Origin: an uncultured candidatus Porisulfidus sp. | Lineage (GTDB): Bacteria; Pseudomonadota; Gammaproteobacteria; Poriferisulfidales; Oxydemutatoraceae | Direction: 5' to 3' | Length of the DNA stretch: 64,000 nt | NCBI GenBank assembly: GCA_965215125.1 | Contig: OZ244052.1 | Span: forward strand, 1,504,001-1,568,000 | Program-made: the position numbers and the translations under genes | Shown here: piece by piece, positions 14,001 through 21,519 of the stretch | Numbering within the stretch: position 1 is the first letter of the stretch | Layout of the letters: each line of letters begins with the position of its first letter | The notes under the pieces: generated by a model | Told to the model about the DNA's origin: nothing | Seen by the model: the letters and a program-made list of their open reading frames with translations, nothing else | The model's database searches: none

Positions 14001-15635
14001 CTTATTTCGGCTTATATCGGCAATGATTCGAATGCACCTACACCGTTGGTCAGAGTCAGAGCTCAATCTCGACTTGATGGCTATGATGAAGATGACATCG
14101 AAGTATTGCGAACTGTTTCTCAAGGAACAATTAGCTATGACTACGATATAACTTCTCACGGAGAGCACCCTGAACCGGGAGAAACCATTGTTCGCTGGTT
14201 AGCTCCTGCACGTGGAACATGGGCTCCTACCAGCACCACATTGGCGGTACGCTCGGGTGGATACAATCTTAGGGACATCAACTATGCGATAGGTGTTGAT
14301 AACCATATCAATGTTAGAGTGGCGGATCCTGAAGATGAAGAGGTTACTCGTATACGCCAGATATTGCTATACGAGAACGCTCAAGGTGGGCTTGAGAGAG
14401 TTACATCTGTAATAGCAGGCACAAGCTACTATGTCGTTGCCGATTATGATACGAATACAAGCGATGGCATAAGTGCAGATGATATAGAAGTTAGTGAAGG
14501 TTTAGCAGAAAACTCTCCCTATACAATAATAAGTACGGCTACCGAAGTTGCTTTGATGAGTGTGCGTACCGCAGGAGATCTTAAAGGAAGCTATTTGGAT
14601 ATTATAGAAATTATGACAGGTAGCATTACCGATACGGGTATAATCACTGTCGGTTGGGATAATATCGGTGCTGTAGAAGACATAAGAGCAACTTATCTAA
14701 TAACAGGTGCCGAACCATCAACTTATAGGATTGCAGATTCCACAGAAGACCTATTTACAGATGGTACTATGTTCACCACCACACGAACTGCTCTACCTGT
14801 TGCTATAGGGAACGAACCACTAAGCGATAATCATATTTTAACAACCCATGATGGACAATTACCGGTATTCTTTACTCATGTAGGTATTGCAATAGCCGAA
14901 GCTAGAAATGCTGAAGTCGGTGTAATGGGTCTTCATTATTCGGCATCAAATATTAAATATGACGATATAAGCACGGATACTAGAACACTGCTCCAGCTTC
15001 AAGGCAGAAATGATGATTTGATAGAATCAATTGCAACATTCGGTATTTCCGATGTGGCGTATGGTTTCAACTTGAATGAAGACGGACTAACCGAGGTGAT
15101 AGGAGGTGCCGTCTATGTGACATTCCCGATAACAGTAGATGTTTCCACCTCAATGGCCGACGACAATATCCGATATCTCGCGAAACACAATAATAGGGAC
15201 GATACCCCACGCTGGGAAAATTTTGAAAGAGATGATGGTGGAAATACTTGGTATGCTATAGAACGCACGAATATCGGAGTAGCATGTCCGACGGATATAC
15301 AGGTATATATAAACGAACATGAGCCTGCCGGAAACCAGGATATGGGCTTCACGGCAAGTGCAAATAATTGTATTATGTTGGTTATCATTGACGGCGATGC
15401 TTATGATGCAAGTAGTTTAGACAGCAGAGTCATTGACCCGGTTGGCATAACAACTGCCCAAATACCTGAACCCGAGGAACCTGTGGAACCTGTGGAACCC
15501 GAGGAACCTGCGGAACGTCGTAGAGGTGGTGGCGGTGGTGCCGTCGGTATTAGTGATGCTCTACTGTTAATAGGAGCAATTACACTGCTACTAATTGCAA
15601 TAGCCGGGCGTCGTCGCAAAACACCACCAATTTAA
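2013..15635 (+). CDS. Giant (4540 aa) surface protein 1: Ig-like repeats, GlyGly-CTERM anchored
   Basis: Signal peptide (ISA|Q). About 19 modules starting (R)DTxxPx(I/L)TV and containing L.D..GN.P. TSP3-like DSDGD motifs. Two choice-of-anchor-U-like segments (CIML.I.DG..YD). Pro/Glu linker, then GGGGGA + TM helix + RRRK. Confidence 0.9.
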   Translation: MNKILFVISLLLFAITNISAQTLTLPQSRFTSSLANNNRTFPSDDGFLHFRFEPGETEIVTQDIGGVATKRLKFTVQARVLSTTDIPMSYVVGFLRIDYSTDAFGDLLDPPLTRAGRVNPAGKCSVGRSAIFETEGTASYTLGIQATDNNTMLVEETSTAFSNPSAEAEAFGFLTNQFKPYITLTCTIVNDTMDANISINGSNASGNSIRRDYPDPQDFSAPAANQRSILPIADNDIRGFRLDGKTWVEDYVRYENGRGVRLKFSKGIRTELTKDHFSIESVSLDDSAISTVTHVVGTPYVEIDFNQVVGTNFDVNNIATDILRISTDTIVDMDGNNLADGNFAAALYYDAAAPKVTEIIPNEDGDEFTLTFSSAIAPNTVTKESLCVTEPNGICVAEETTPTVPILSVTTHGDMPTTLTVVVAQPERAKVGGTRSIEFRRNAVLGDFSITGPLRTVEDYQTVLRDALMLQDTIGPEITVARVTAGGNLASGNLTPSSGDYTMYFRVTADEDVPELSTTAAYQLEDSNGDLVNATAAIQTVVTQNRDVILQYTVEVGNTPANATYFTLARSSTNPADLQDASGNDPIIPGSIDDDNPTGIEIAAGAEITADASARAPRDTTAPSITVDMATVVPSNNGLTYNVTFELSSNEAIPNIGNESSYTVTRDGGSAPSGSARIVSVNANAATTGATVIYTAQFGNNQYNAVRPVRGWRLDFVSGELLDQDGNQARFPDAAARTAERDDDSPIITIEGNPTLTVVPGIGGNSTVTVSFVVASDEDVPTLDEAASYSLRRYSDRAGNNALSFSGETITVMGNDRQAMFTAVIPLSQSQLRETAAFGLNRALGDTRLLDTSGNPPNISPGFGIDDNKFALRETDGAVVTVVRVDNVPTDNDVEARPDDNNGNRYAIGFTITNTEHDTKPISDLADPNSYMILRRSGTSNTTDVTVMSSGVTDGVNSVVLNFNVTINNQDDTEMTNGFVLARANDPNALLDSNGNALRFGSVTPVTIGVGEAISSAGTAVARRDTTKPNLTVSPGEAETSDGNIYTVRFTVTPSEENVRGISTTTSYSLLVAEEENQVMTGFRTATSISPMSITENSGSQVVTYTVNIATLQAGRPVTFPYGLMLGRANDGLRDLSNNDPIQTATNGSRTNTEVANGQPLQSGQVVLLDRVSPSITVTANSIAPVPANPGRYTMSFTTTATEDVRNIGNASSYRLMRVETDDTWGAASLTASQDSVTVNDNEVGGLGTSATFTYTITFTGNVATRLANIRGTRGFTLALVSGPNQINLQDVATNLPVKSNGDNIYDTDGTTLLNDGIIAPISGGVIASSAVAARDTTGPALTVTSGNATPATPTTYTGSFNIAATENIRGINDEALYSLLRIPLVSGTTNPDNANAVVETDATITVTSGTNLSQSATINFTATLDNVAQARGTYGFTLARASDGLRDIWDNAVTVVSGQQNRLTAGNGAVANRDIASPRITITATTSATAVSLDIYEMDFTISSNEDVASIGDSASYQVVRVLNDNTTTTAINSSMEPIQINTANRNVTIPVRIDLSEVSRAQIMQTRGFTLLRANNSLIDSSGNLPVKRDGSTDIANNGIIGPITAGRIDDLALALREQAPPVITVTPEPGGAVVTSGQIRRYTGAFLVTSSEPTRGINMDDSYQLMRVLRNNNREIFTGESVDLSVQNDVRNVASESQVITFVAIFSDTTNVRTVIRDTLGFTLARSNDPNDLIDNAGNAAASPNAPLDTDSTAVAMINKDQPRFTVTANTGANPDPVNGNQYTAGFTVAADQNIVGIGSESSYVVLRSSTPTSLGLVPIDSSLYNIRRTSVGSVDGTTATFEITVTYTGIADTQGTAGFTLGLAGDGDECNLCDNRSNLPARSDGTTINEDMSIDDRPAAVAERDTVPPFINVISGITEGGADVAGGGWRLSFKMDGFSSDDIQGLDNPASYRILGKNFDGSYTILPSASNPYTFPSVTGRVPCSDTEVAAIQQFLETGLSNCRVITTRDTTRLDIPASQARNIESFVLGRAPGALRDRSNNDPVVANDSQTSPRIVGTGPDGDGRTVLPLDLIGYEFTLDRNSPSITVRPEDLSRRGNSISGAFAVSSSDIIDEIRNPSSYVLLRVATGGSTTTVINNAITGSGSGDARSATIRFSITDNTPNLAVNFQYTLGRLANLSDKAGNPLVYAGTTDMVSTNTRIDRSTTALADIPAEDTMNPIVTLEATTPQANPDENNELRFTGAFVVNSDEEIPAIGQSGSYQLLRVLSGNATTTTGIANVSFTFSNGTTSSVTINFAVTLAGITQVQATTGFTLEPTANFVDGGGNGPLNNEFIANADDDPTVAMREDDSPRLSALAQTGQQPTFASGPRVMTPAFRVNVESPVETIRGINQPNSYQILRLVGTADSQTVEPFNGTEVVSIGSSNADGQLVSVTVTFDNIQDARNTYGFALARRGNLRDLSGNDPLSTAADGTTGTAVELSSRIDLRDSAVWVRTDRTQPNITVVAQGPEGQEAQPVSSNPVVYTGSFRISSGDVIRNINSPSAYQLLRQTMGGSLSNIDATISVSNLAGTPSAGFTAATVAFRTTLTAPILRATGSSATAGFILANASTDISGLHDIAGNLPVTDNADSLSNTEASIAARDTTPPTITVVALGQGAMPARNNPLVYTGSFRVSSTPTEAIRNLNRPASYNLLLITNAGAIRPFSASSTTITVGATTFAPIGIPTAATVNFEASLSESIVTATGNDAIMGFTLASATSTGLDGLRDIASNEPVLFSERRLSNQSEAIAEIEMDAPVITVIAEGEEAQPDPDNPLVYRGTFVVTAPVDDPVRNLNDPAVYRLLRLTTAGVINGIASTLTISSFVESATPAYYTSATVMFETVLANTDQLENTAGFTLGENRVSGLGGLQDNAGNRPRNTPPLRRLDSADTAIARIQVTRIECAAFYRDIGQNELFFRVQSEDALNLAGLQLTQSGSSLAIDGPVEQIGTTPSTVENVSIIKATLANEITSNDDITVAYTLSEQDAFPANATCEASLTSNIDNDARVDIVDNNPFDATDLAVNTNVAATGPATPHNIERDTFYSRDVLVRSLIRESFTYVEAGMKKQFTTPMTANEYFGIEPNDNTEVFTIAFEAEDADCREILQASRDYNLSKVKLDEFCNIGNGTIDFLEQPIESFLSYVWADIENERLAGGNYTTYDIRILAEINFSGQSSYIYTKETTKTVVVSAYSDTLPIVIQSLIRSQSDEGRMFDDELLTFINPDPTNINSGILSGTYNVSEYRKHPQPGETITHWMSTTTGVWAPTEATLEPRQGGYNFGGDVLSAVGTDNHIDVRVARDGDSEPITRINQILLYDVAGPSPIRVNSMVADRDYYVIADVTTNESDVQAVVATQFIDGYTEIITTSTTIDRIQSAGHLIEQEDFEVIALSVEDNFTTTGTITVGWDSINSAQNVIATYLVTPTPPSNYAFSDSDGDRIHDAVDFAPGDNTRLQVAVGGVIQGNIDYLRAHNDGQPLYASDEVLIIAAGSNNRLDYSVANISTATAVGLELDDVEGGNTINTIATFGIRSVDYAYTQDDPQSDAVAEGGMAHVTFPIPAGILNEVQYISQYNSESERWGRFERGTNRGGFADTWYVIDRPSGEACPRDIQLYKNVHQATGDSDMGFTANTPRCIMLSITDGGPYDGGSMGQGVADDERGADGRINSLIGIGTQLNPPSPSFECAAIYPNIGQTELFFEIEGIPTGGTFEISGATIQDFSFVPVIKVTLREEITDRMLLVNYTTANGEVNATMCMASLTKDSDLDGVIDIADASPFDPTDATRNPDTTTQTQTTTLAEVNEWYSRDVVIRSLLRDEEFDFIEEVVNGEDIGGTFTGTFTAHMAMNWEAYFGINANANTQIFRIDSGSECDLILAAAKDNNLNAVNIDEFDSCDERVIDFATEPVTPSGSQRYVWADVRDGRLVASDYPDYNLKIVPEINFSGQPTYIFPEPTTRTVLISAYIGNDSNAPTPLVRVRAQSRLDGYDEDDIEVLRTVSQGTISYDYDITSHGEHPEPGETIVRWLAPARGTWAPTSTTLAVRSGGYNLRDINYAIGVDNHINVRVADPEDEEVTRIRQILLYENAQGGLERVTSVIAGTSYYVVADYDTNTSDGISADDIEVSEGLAENSPYTIISTATEVALMSVRTAGDLKGSYLDIIEIMTGSITDTGIITVGWDNIGAVEDIRATYLITGAEPSTYRIADSTEDLFTDGTMFTTTRTALPVAIGNEPLSDNHILTTHDGQLPVFFTHVGIAIAEARNAEVGVMGLHYSASNIKYDDISTDTRTLLQLQGRNDDLIESIATFGISDVAYGFNLNEDGLTEVIGGAVYVTFPITVDVSTSMADDNIRYLAKHNNRDDTPRWENFERDDGGNTWYAIERTNIGVACPTDIQVYINEHEPAGNQDMGFTASANNCIMLVIIDGDAYDASSLDSRVIDPVGITTAQIPEPEEPVEPVEPEEPAERRRGGGGGAVGISDALLLIGAITLLLIAIAGRRRKTPPI
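15525..15635 (+). other. GlyGly-CTERM sorting signal
   Basis: GGGGGAVGISDALLLIGAITLLLIAIAGRRRKTPPI*: Gly run, hydrophobic helix, basic cluster. The rhombosortase is the next gene. Confidence 0.85.
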
Positions 15636-15650
15636 TTTCCTAAACCACTT

Positions 15651-15920
15651 GTAAGGGCGGATATTACATTTTGTAATGTACGAATCTAGCAATCGCGTTA
15701 AGGAGGGCTGTTGAAAAACTATACACAAACTGTAGGGACGGTACATTCCCCTCCTTTGGAGGGGTGGCAGGCTTCGCCTGACAGGGTGGTTGTCAAATAT
15801 GGAAACCATCATCGGGTGGCGCAAAGCGATTGGATTTGTGCAAGTATTAAACTTTGGGGTAAATCATAGTTGCCGATTGACCTACCGGTTCAATCGGCGA
15901 TTATGATTTGCCCGCCCTTA
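15651..15920 (+). repeat. Intergenic composite repeat copy 2
   Basis: gtaagggcgg...ccgccctta flanks, gggctgttgaaaaa, module A (15746-15791) and module B (about 15869-15903). Confidence 0.8.
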
Positions 15921-16015
15921 AGTACCGTTTTTGTACGACCTAACCGCTTCGCCCCACAATTCCACAAACCGCCCGGCGAACGAATATCTGAACCGTATGA
16001 TTTATAGTAGCTTTA

Positions 16016-16612
16016 ATGTTTACTTCCAAACTTTATAACTATTATTATGTAGCGTTGCTTACTCTTGCTGCGATTATCTGCACATACTATCAAGAACTCT
16101 TCATATATCAAAAGCAGTTACTGGAACAAGGGCAATTATGGCGTTTATTTAGCGGCCATTTTGTACATCTAAACGATAAACATCTCATATTAAACTTGAT
16201 TGCTTGGATTATTATTTTCTTTTTAGGTCTCAATTATCTATCACTTTTAAGATGGGTTGTTTTATTGTTTATATTGACATTATCAATCTCGGTGAGCTTA
16301 TATCACTTTGCTTCTGATATCTTATATTACGGTGGATTATCGGGTGTTTTACATGGTTACTTTGCTTATATCCTAGTGGAATGGATCAAAAACAAACAGA
16401 AGTTTGCGTGGATTATTTTGTTATTATTGATCGCAAAAACACTAATAGAAAACTTCTCGGATATAGGGTCTTCTACAGCCGAATATCTAGATCTCCGAGT
16501 TGTCACGGAAGTACATCTAATAGGCGTTTTTACTGGTATTCTCGTTGCACTATTAACTTTACATCGGGAGAGGAAATTCAAGCAATCAAGCAATTTCGGC
16601 ATTAATATTTGA
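16016..16612 (+). CDS. rrtA: Rhombosortase (rhomboid-family GlyGly-CTERM processing protease)
   Basis: GQLWRLFSGHFVHLN..HL..N, YGGLSGVLHG (catalytic Ser), K..IE, H.IG. Adjacent to a GlyGly-CTERM substrate. Confidence 0.85.
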   Translation: MFTSKLYNYYYVALLTLAAIICTYYQELFIYQKQLLEQGQLWRLFSGHFVHLNDKHLILNLIAWIIIFFLGLNYLSLLRWVVLLFILTLSISVSLYHFASDILYYGGLSGVLHGYFAYILVEWIKNKQKFAWIILLLLIAKTLIENFSDIGSSTAEYLDLRVVTEVHLIGVFTGILVALLTLHRERKFKQSSNFGINI

Positions 16613-16747
16613 AAAAACAAATGGATATACAAGTACTCCGATATGTTTTCTTAACTAAAATTTGCTAGCCCGATATTACTTTATAACCCCCCTTTGACTA
16701 TAAAACGGGTATAATACCCTCTTATAATTTATTAGGAGGACTTGATA

Positions 16748-17257
16748 ATGGCCACTATCTCTTTACAAGGTAACGAAATACACACGAGCGGTAAGATACC
16801 CGCAGTCGGCACACAAGCACCGGATTTCTTATTGGTGAATAAGGATTTAGAAGATATTTCTCTCTCCAACTTTAAGGGCAAGAAAAAACTAATATCCATA
16901 GTTCCTAGTTTGGATACACCGGTTTGTGCGACTTCCACTAAGAAATTTAACCAAGCTATGGGTGAACTCGAAGACAGTGTCTGTATAGTTGTGTCTGCCG
17001 ACCTACCTTTTGCGATGTCGCGTTTTTGTGATGCTGAATCACAAGCAAATATTATGCCACTTTCTATGATGCGCTCTAGAAGTTTTGCCAAAGATTACGG
17101 TGTTCTGATTGAAGACGGCCCTTTAGCAGGCATTACGGCGAGGGCAGTGGTAGTGCTAGATAAAGCCGATATAGTTCAACATGCAGAATTAGTCGATGAA
17201 ATCAGCAACGAACCCGACTACGACAAAGCACTACAAACCCTTAAAGAAGACTCGTAG
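16748..17257 (+). CDS. tpx: Thiol peroxidase (atypical 2-Cys peroxiredoxin)
   Basis: VPSLDTPVC, SADLPFAMSRFC, EPDYD. ATG at 16748 downstream of AGGAGG. Confidence 0.95.
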   Translation: MATISLQGNEIHTSGKIPAVGTQAPDFLLVNKDLEDISLSNFKGKKKLISIVPSLDTPVCATSTKKFNQAMGELEDSVCIVVSADLPFAMSRFCDAESQANIMPLSMMRSRSFAKDYGVLIEDGPLAGITARAVVVLDKADIVQHAELVDEISNEPDYDKALQTLKEDS

Positions 17258-17269
17258 AAAGAGATCATT

Positions 17270-17452
17270 CGGGGCAGTTCTATTGGCCTGCCACCCCGGC
17301 ACAGGGGGGAATAGACCACCCCATGAAAAGGCTTTGCATTTTGTAATATGTATCAAGACTCTGGACAACGTTACGCCGATTGACCTGCTGGTTCAATCGG
17401 CGGTTCTATTGCGCCTGCCACCCCTGCACAGGAGAGGGATATCCGCCCCCTA
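17270..17452. repeat. Intergenic composite repeat copy 3
   Basis: Two reverse-oriented module A fragments (gcctgccacccc) around the long module B (cattttgtaat...gttacgccgattgacctgctggttcaatcggcggttctatt). Confidence 0.75.
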
Positions 17453-17484
17453 AATATATCGGTTGTGTCGGGGTTGTTTAAGCA

Positions 17485-18657
17485 TCAGCCGATACTTCCT
17501 GCTCGGCGTATGAAGAAATTCTTTAATGTCGGCATTTGGTTGACTAATCGCAATCCGTTGGCTCGCATATAGGTGCATAAAGGCGAGTGATCGGAAAATA
17601 GCCACAGCAAGTTTTCCAATCCGATTTTCATACATTGATTATTGCCTTTGACCATGCGTTGATAGCGACGCAATAAAGGATAGTTCGGTTTCATAGAAGG
17701 GCTGTTATCCAGCAAGCTCAACAGCACATTCAGATCTGCGAAGCCTAGGTTTGCACCTTGCCCCGCTAAAGGATGAATGTTATGCGCTGCATCTCCTATC
17801 AACAACATACCCGGTGCAACATACTGATCAACATGGCCGCCACGAAGTTCAAAAGCACAGACTTCGCTCATCGCCGATAAAGCCCCGAAGTGCCCCTCCA
17901 TTTCTTGACTTGTTCTACTAATCAATTCTTCCGTGTCTAGTTCGGCAATTCGGTGCGCCAGCGCATTCGGGCACGACCATACGACGGCGCAGATCCGATC
18001 CGCTAACGGCAGAAACGCCAGCACTCCGTTGCCGGAGAAACGTTGCCATCCGGTAAATTGATGATTTTCGGTGGTGCGCACTATATAAGCGAAAGCGGTT
18101 TGGCGATAATCCTGAACCGACCATCGTACGTTCATCAATCGGCGTACTTGCGACCGCACTCCGTCGGCACCGATTATCAATGAAAACTGCCGATGTTCAT
18201 TATCATCACCGTTTAATTTTGCATCCAATACGCCGTCTTTTGATATATGTGCCGAAGCTATTTGCATATTGTCGTACTGAATAGAATTCAGTTGCTCTAT
18301 GCGTTGCCACAAGGCATTTATCAAGTATTTATGCTCGACGATGATGCCCAAACGTGGCGCACCGATGTCGCCGGCATCAAAATGTATACGACCACCACCG
18401 GCATCCCATACTTCTAAGGCTTCAAAATTTGAGTAGCGTGTAATAAGCGGCATCACTTGTGCCGCTTCTAAGAGAGCGACCGAGGCTTGACTCAGCGCAT
18501 AAGTACGCGCGTCGTAATGTCGTATATCGAAATCAGGTTTTTCGGGTCGCTTGGCAAATAGCTGTACTTTGATATTGCGCTGTGCTAAACAGATGGCACA
18601 ACTTAAACCGATAACACCGCCGCCTACCACGGCAACAGGTTGATCAAATTTTTGCAT
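17485..18657 (-). CDS. ubiI: UbiH/UbiF/UbiI(VisC)-family FAD hydroxylase, probably UbiI
   Basis: VVGGGVIG, GADGVRSQVR, LIGDAAHNIHPLAGQGANLG. Directly downstream of ubiH as in pepP-ubiH-ubiI. Confidence 0.75.
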   Translation of the reverse strand: MQKFDQPVAVVGGGVIGLSCAICLAQRNIKVQLFAKRPEKPDFDIRHYDARTYALSQASVALLEAAQVMPLITRYSNFEALEVWDAGGGRIHFDAGDIGAPRLGIIVEHKYLINALWQRIEQLNSIQYDNMQIASAHISKDGVLDAKLNGDDNEHRQFSLIIGADGVRSQVRRLMNVRWSVQDYRQTAFAYIVRTTENHQFTGWQRFSGNGVLAFLPLADRICAVVWSCPNALAHRIAELDTEELISRTSQEMEGHFGALSAMSEVCAFELRGGHVDQYVAPGMLLIGDAAHNIHPLAGQGANLGFADLNVLLSLLDNSPSMKPNYPLLRRYQRMVKGNNQCMKIGLENLLWLFSDHSPLCTYMRANGLRLVNQMPTLKNFFIRRAGSIG

Positions 18658-19867
18658 TGCGTGAAATCAGCGTTGTTCCACTTGCGAGGCGAGGCCAGGG
18701 CGGCGACAAGCCTAGGGTTTTGCGCACTAAAATACGTCTTATGAACGGTAGCATATCCAGCATGGTTAAACTTGCTCCCAGCAAAGGTGCGAACGGTTGC
18801 TTTAATCCGACACAGAGTTTGGCGAGCGAATGGGTAAAATACATCACTTTGCGTACATCGTTGGTCCTCTCGCGGCTATAGCTTCGGAGCAAATCCGATG
18901 CACCCGTATCGGGCGAGTTGTGCAGATGTTCCACTAAAAAGGCAATGTCGCGCAATGCAAGGTTCAACCCTTGACCACCGACCGGATGAATGGTTTGTGC
19001 GCTGTCGCCGAGTAATACCGTCCGTCCTATAGCGATGCGTTCGGCATAGCATAAAATCAACGGGTAGATAGCCCGTTTTCCTATTTCGCGTATTTTGCCG
19101 ATACGCTGCCCTAAATCTTGCTGCAATCTGTTTATAAAGTCGGTGTCGGATAGAGCCATTGCTTGTGATCCCGTCTCGCCTACATAAACTCTGCCGATAA
19201 TACGCTCTCCGGCGGGTTGATGAGGTAGTACTGCGATTAACCCATCCTCGGTAAATCGTTCGTGAGCAATATGTCGTTCGAGTGATTCGCTTCGTATGCG
19301 AGCGACGATAGCCGACTGCCGGTAGTCTTTGTGCCGAAAAGAGAACCCCAATGCCTCGCTGATATTGTTTTGTCGCCCGGATGCCAATATCAACAGCCGT
19401 GTTTTAATAGTGTGTTGTTTGTTCTTTTGTTTCAGCAACAACGATATGTAGGTGCCGTGGTCCCTTGCAGCTTCCACCGAAGTTGGCGAATATATCTTTA
19501 GATTATCTAATTTAGGCAGAGTTTGGTGCAAACCAGCCAATAAATCCGCGGCACGAATAACACAACCCAACGCGTCTATGCCTTCGTCTTCGGCACGGAT
19601 GCGGGTTGTGCCGAAAGCATCCTTGCGCGACACCCTAATCTCCCGTACCGCACAAGTACCGTCTTTAATAGTGTCCCATACATTGATATTTTGTAATATC
19701 CTGCGGCTACCGTCCGAGAGTGCAATTCCGCGTAGCGGTATTTTGTTGGCAGCATTCTTAATATCGTGTGCATCTATGATAGCGATAGAACTTGCGCAGT
19801 CTTGCAACGCGATCGCCGCTGTAGCTCCGGTGAGTCCGGCCCCTATAATAGCGATATCGTATTGCAT
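18644..19867 (-). CDS. ubiH: 2-octaprenyl-6-methoxyphenol hydroxylase
   Basis: IIGAGLTG, ERFTEDG..AVLP, LLGDSAQTIHPVGGQGLNLALRD. Follows pepP. Confidence 0.85.
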   Translation of the reverse strand: MQYDIAIIGAGLTGATAAIALQDCASSIAIIDAHDIKNAANKIPLRGIALSDGSRRILQNINVWDTIKDGTCAVREIRVSRKDAFGTTRIRAEDEGIDALGCVIRAADLLAGLHQTLPKLDNLKIYSPTSVEAARDHGTYISLLLKQKNKQHTIKTRLLILASGRQNNISEALGFSFRHKDYRQSAIVARIRSESLERHIAHERFTEDGLIAVLPHQPAGERIIGRVYVGETGSQAMALSDTDFINRLQQDLGQRIGKIREIGKRAIYPLILCYAERIAIGRTVLLGDSAQTIHPVGGQGLNLALRDIAFLVEHLHNSPDTGASDLLRSYSRERTNDVRKVMYFTHSLAKLCVGLKQPFAPLLGASLTMLDMLPFIRRILVRKTLGLSPPWPRLASGTTLISRNAKI

Positions 19868-19870
19868 TAT

Positions 19871-21193
19871 TTATTCCGCCTCGGACATTACCGATTCAAT
19901 GTCGTTCACATTTTTAACTAAATGTTTGCTGAGCACTTCGGGACCTCGGGTCGTTACCAGTACATCGTCTTCTATACGAATTCCGGTGTTGCGGAATTGT
20001 GCGGCGATATTACTTTGATTGCCTATATACAACCCCGGTTCTACGGTTAGCACCATGCCTGCTTCAAAACGCCGTGGTCTGCCCGATTTGTCCTTGTTAT
20101 GACCCATGGTGTCGTGCACATCCAGTCCCAGCCAGTGTCCGATCCCGTGCATATAAAAATCTCTGTAGGCAGCGCGTTTAAGCAAGGTAGGCAAAGAGCC
20201 TTTTAACAAGCCTGTGTCGATCAAGCCTCGAGTTAAGGCGCGCACCGCAGCGTTGTTGACATCGAGCCAGTTGTTACCGACTTGCACTTTAGCGATAGCT
20301 TTTAATTGTGCCTCCAAGACGACTTCGTAGAGTTCTTTTTGGTGGCTATTAAAACGTTTATTAACAGGAATAGTACGGGTTATATCGCTGGCATACATTC
20401 GGTATTCGGCTCCGGCATCTACAAGCAGCAAGGTTCCCGACTTCAGGCGGCTTTTATTATCCGTATAGTGCAGTACACATGCGTTGACTCCGCCGGCTAC
20501 TATCGAAGGGTAGGCGGGGTGTGTATGATGTTGGTGAAATATCTTCATAATCTCCGCATCAATTTCGTACTCGTATAGTCCCGGACGACACATTTGCATC
20601 ATCCGTTGGTGGGCGATGGTGGTGATAGCAACAGCCTTTTGCATCGTTTCAATTTCCAGCTTGGATTTCTTGAGGCGTAGTTCGCCGAGCAATACGCTTA
20701 TATCGGCGTAATAGCTAGGTATGGCGTGGTTTCGCCGATTACGGCGGGTTTGTCGGCATAGTGTTGCCAGTTGTAAGAAATTATCGGTGTCAGAAGTATC
20801 ACAGTATAGATATTGTTTGTTGTCGATCAATAAAGGAAAGATTTCGTCGAATTCATCTATAGGAAAAACTTTGTCTGCACCGAGCATGCGTTTTGCGCGG
20901 TTAAGACCTATACGCGCACCTTCCCATACAATAGTATGTTCGTCGTTCGGAGTACAGAACAAAATATAATCACCGAAAGGATGTCCGGGCACCAGTACCA
21001 TAATCATTTGATCTTCGACACTTCCATTTAGGTAATAGAAGTTACTATCTTGGCGATACGCATAATAAACATCGTTTGAATAGTTCTTTTGTTTCGCAGC
21101 AAACAAGCACACGACGGCATCGGATCCTGCCGCGCTTAAAACACGTTTTCGACGATTTTCCAGCTCTTTTTGAAAAATATTTTTTTTAGTCAA
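19871..21193 (-). CDS. pepP: Xaa-Pro aminopeptidase
   Basis: YRQDSNFYYL, DAGAEY..YASDITRT, HGIGHWLGLDVHD, TVEPGLY, GIRIEDDV. Confidence 0.95.
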   Translation of the reverse strand: MTKKNIFQKELENRRKRVLSAAGSDAVVCLFAAKQKNYSNDVYYAYRQDSNFYYLNGSVEDQMIMVLVPGHPFGDYILFCTPNDEHTIVWEGARIGLNRAKRMLGADKVFPIDEFDEIFPLLIDNKQYLYCDTSDTDNFLQLATLCRQTRRNRRNHAIPSYYADISVLLGELRLKKSKLEIETMQKAVAITTIAHQRMMQMCRPGLYEYEIDAEIMKIFHQHHTHPAYPSIVAGGVNACVLHYTDNKSRLKSGTLLLVDAGAEYRMYASDITRTIPVNKRFNSHQKELYEVVLEAQLKAIAKVQVGNNWLDVNNAAVRALTRGLIDTGLLKGSLPTLLKRAAYRDFYMHGIGHWLGLDVHDTMGHNKDKSGRPRRFEAGMVLTVEPGLYIGNQSNIAAQFRNTGIRIEDDVLVTTRGPEVLSKHLVKNVNDIESVMSEAE

Positions 21194-21480
21194 ATCTCTT
21201 TACTCACAAAATTGTTCCAACTCAAAACATCTATTATAGTGTTTAGATAAAATCCCACATCACTTTTATATGTAGTATAAAGACTTTGCATCGGCAGTTC
21301 AAAACATGGTTAAGCTATTGATAAATAGTGTTATTTTATCATTTTTCTTTTGTTTGTACACATTTTTACACTCATAATAACACCGAGCATTTTATGTTTT
21401 TTTTGAATCATGCTTATATAAAACCGTACTTTCATACTTCAATATTAAAAATCATCGTTCACATAACACAGAAAAAAAAC

Positions 21481-21508
21481 TTGACGTAGGGAAAAAAAGT
21501 TATATTAT
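21481..21508 (+). promoter_or_regulatory. Predicted sigma70 promoter for zapB-like/zapA
   Basis: TTGACG, 16-bp spacer, TATTAT, just upstream of the ATG at 21520. Confidence 0.45.
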
Positions 21509-21519
21509 CGGTACCTAAT

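Noticed and set aside
2444-15619. Many 60-160-aa minus-strand ORFs inside giant gene 1, and periodic ones inside giant gene 2
   Set aside because: Antisense shadows of Thr/Ala/Asp-rich coding sequence. They repeat with the 2211-bp period and have no recognisable motifs.
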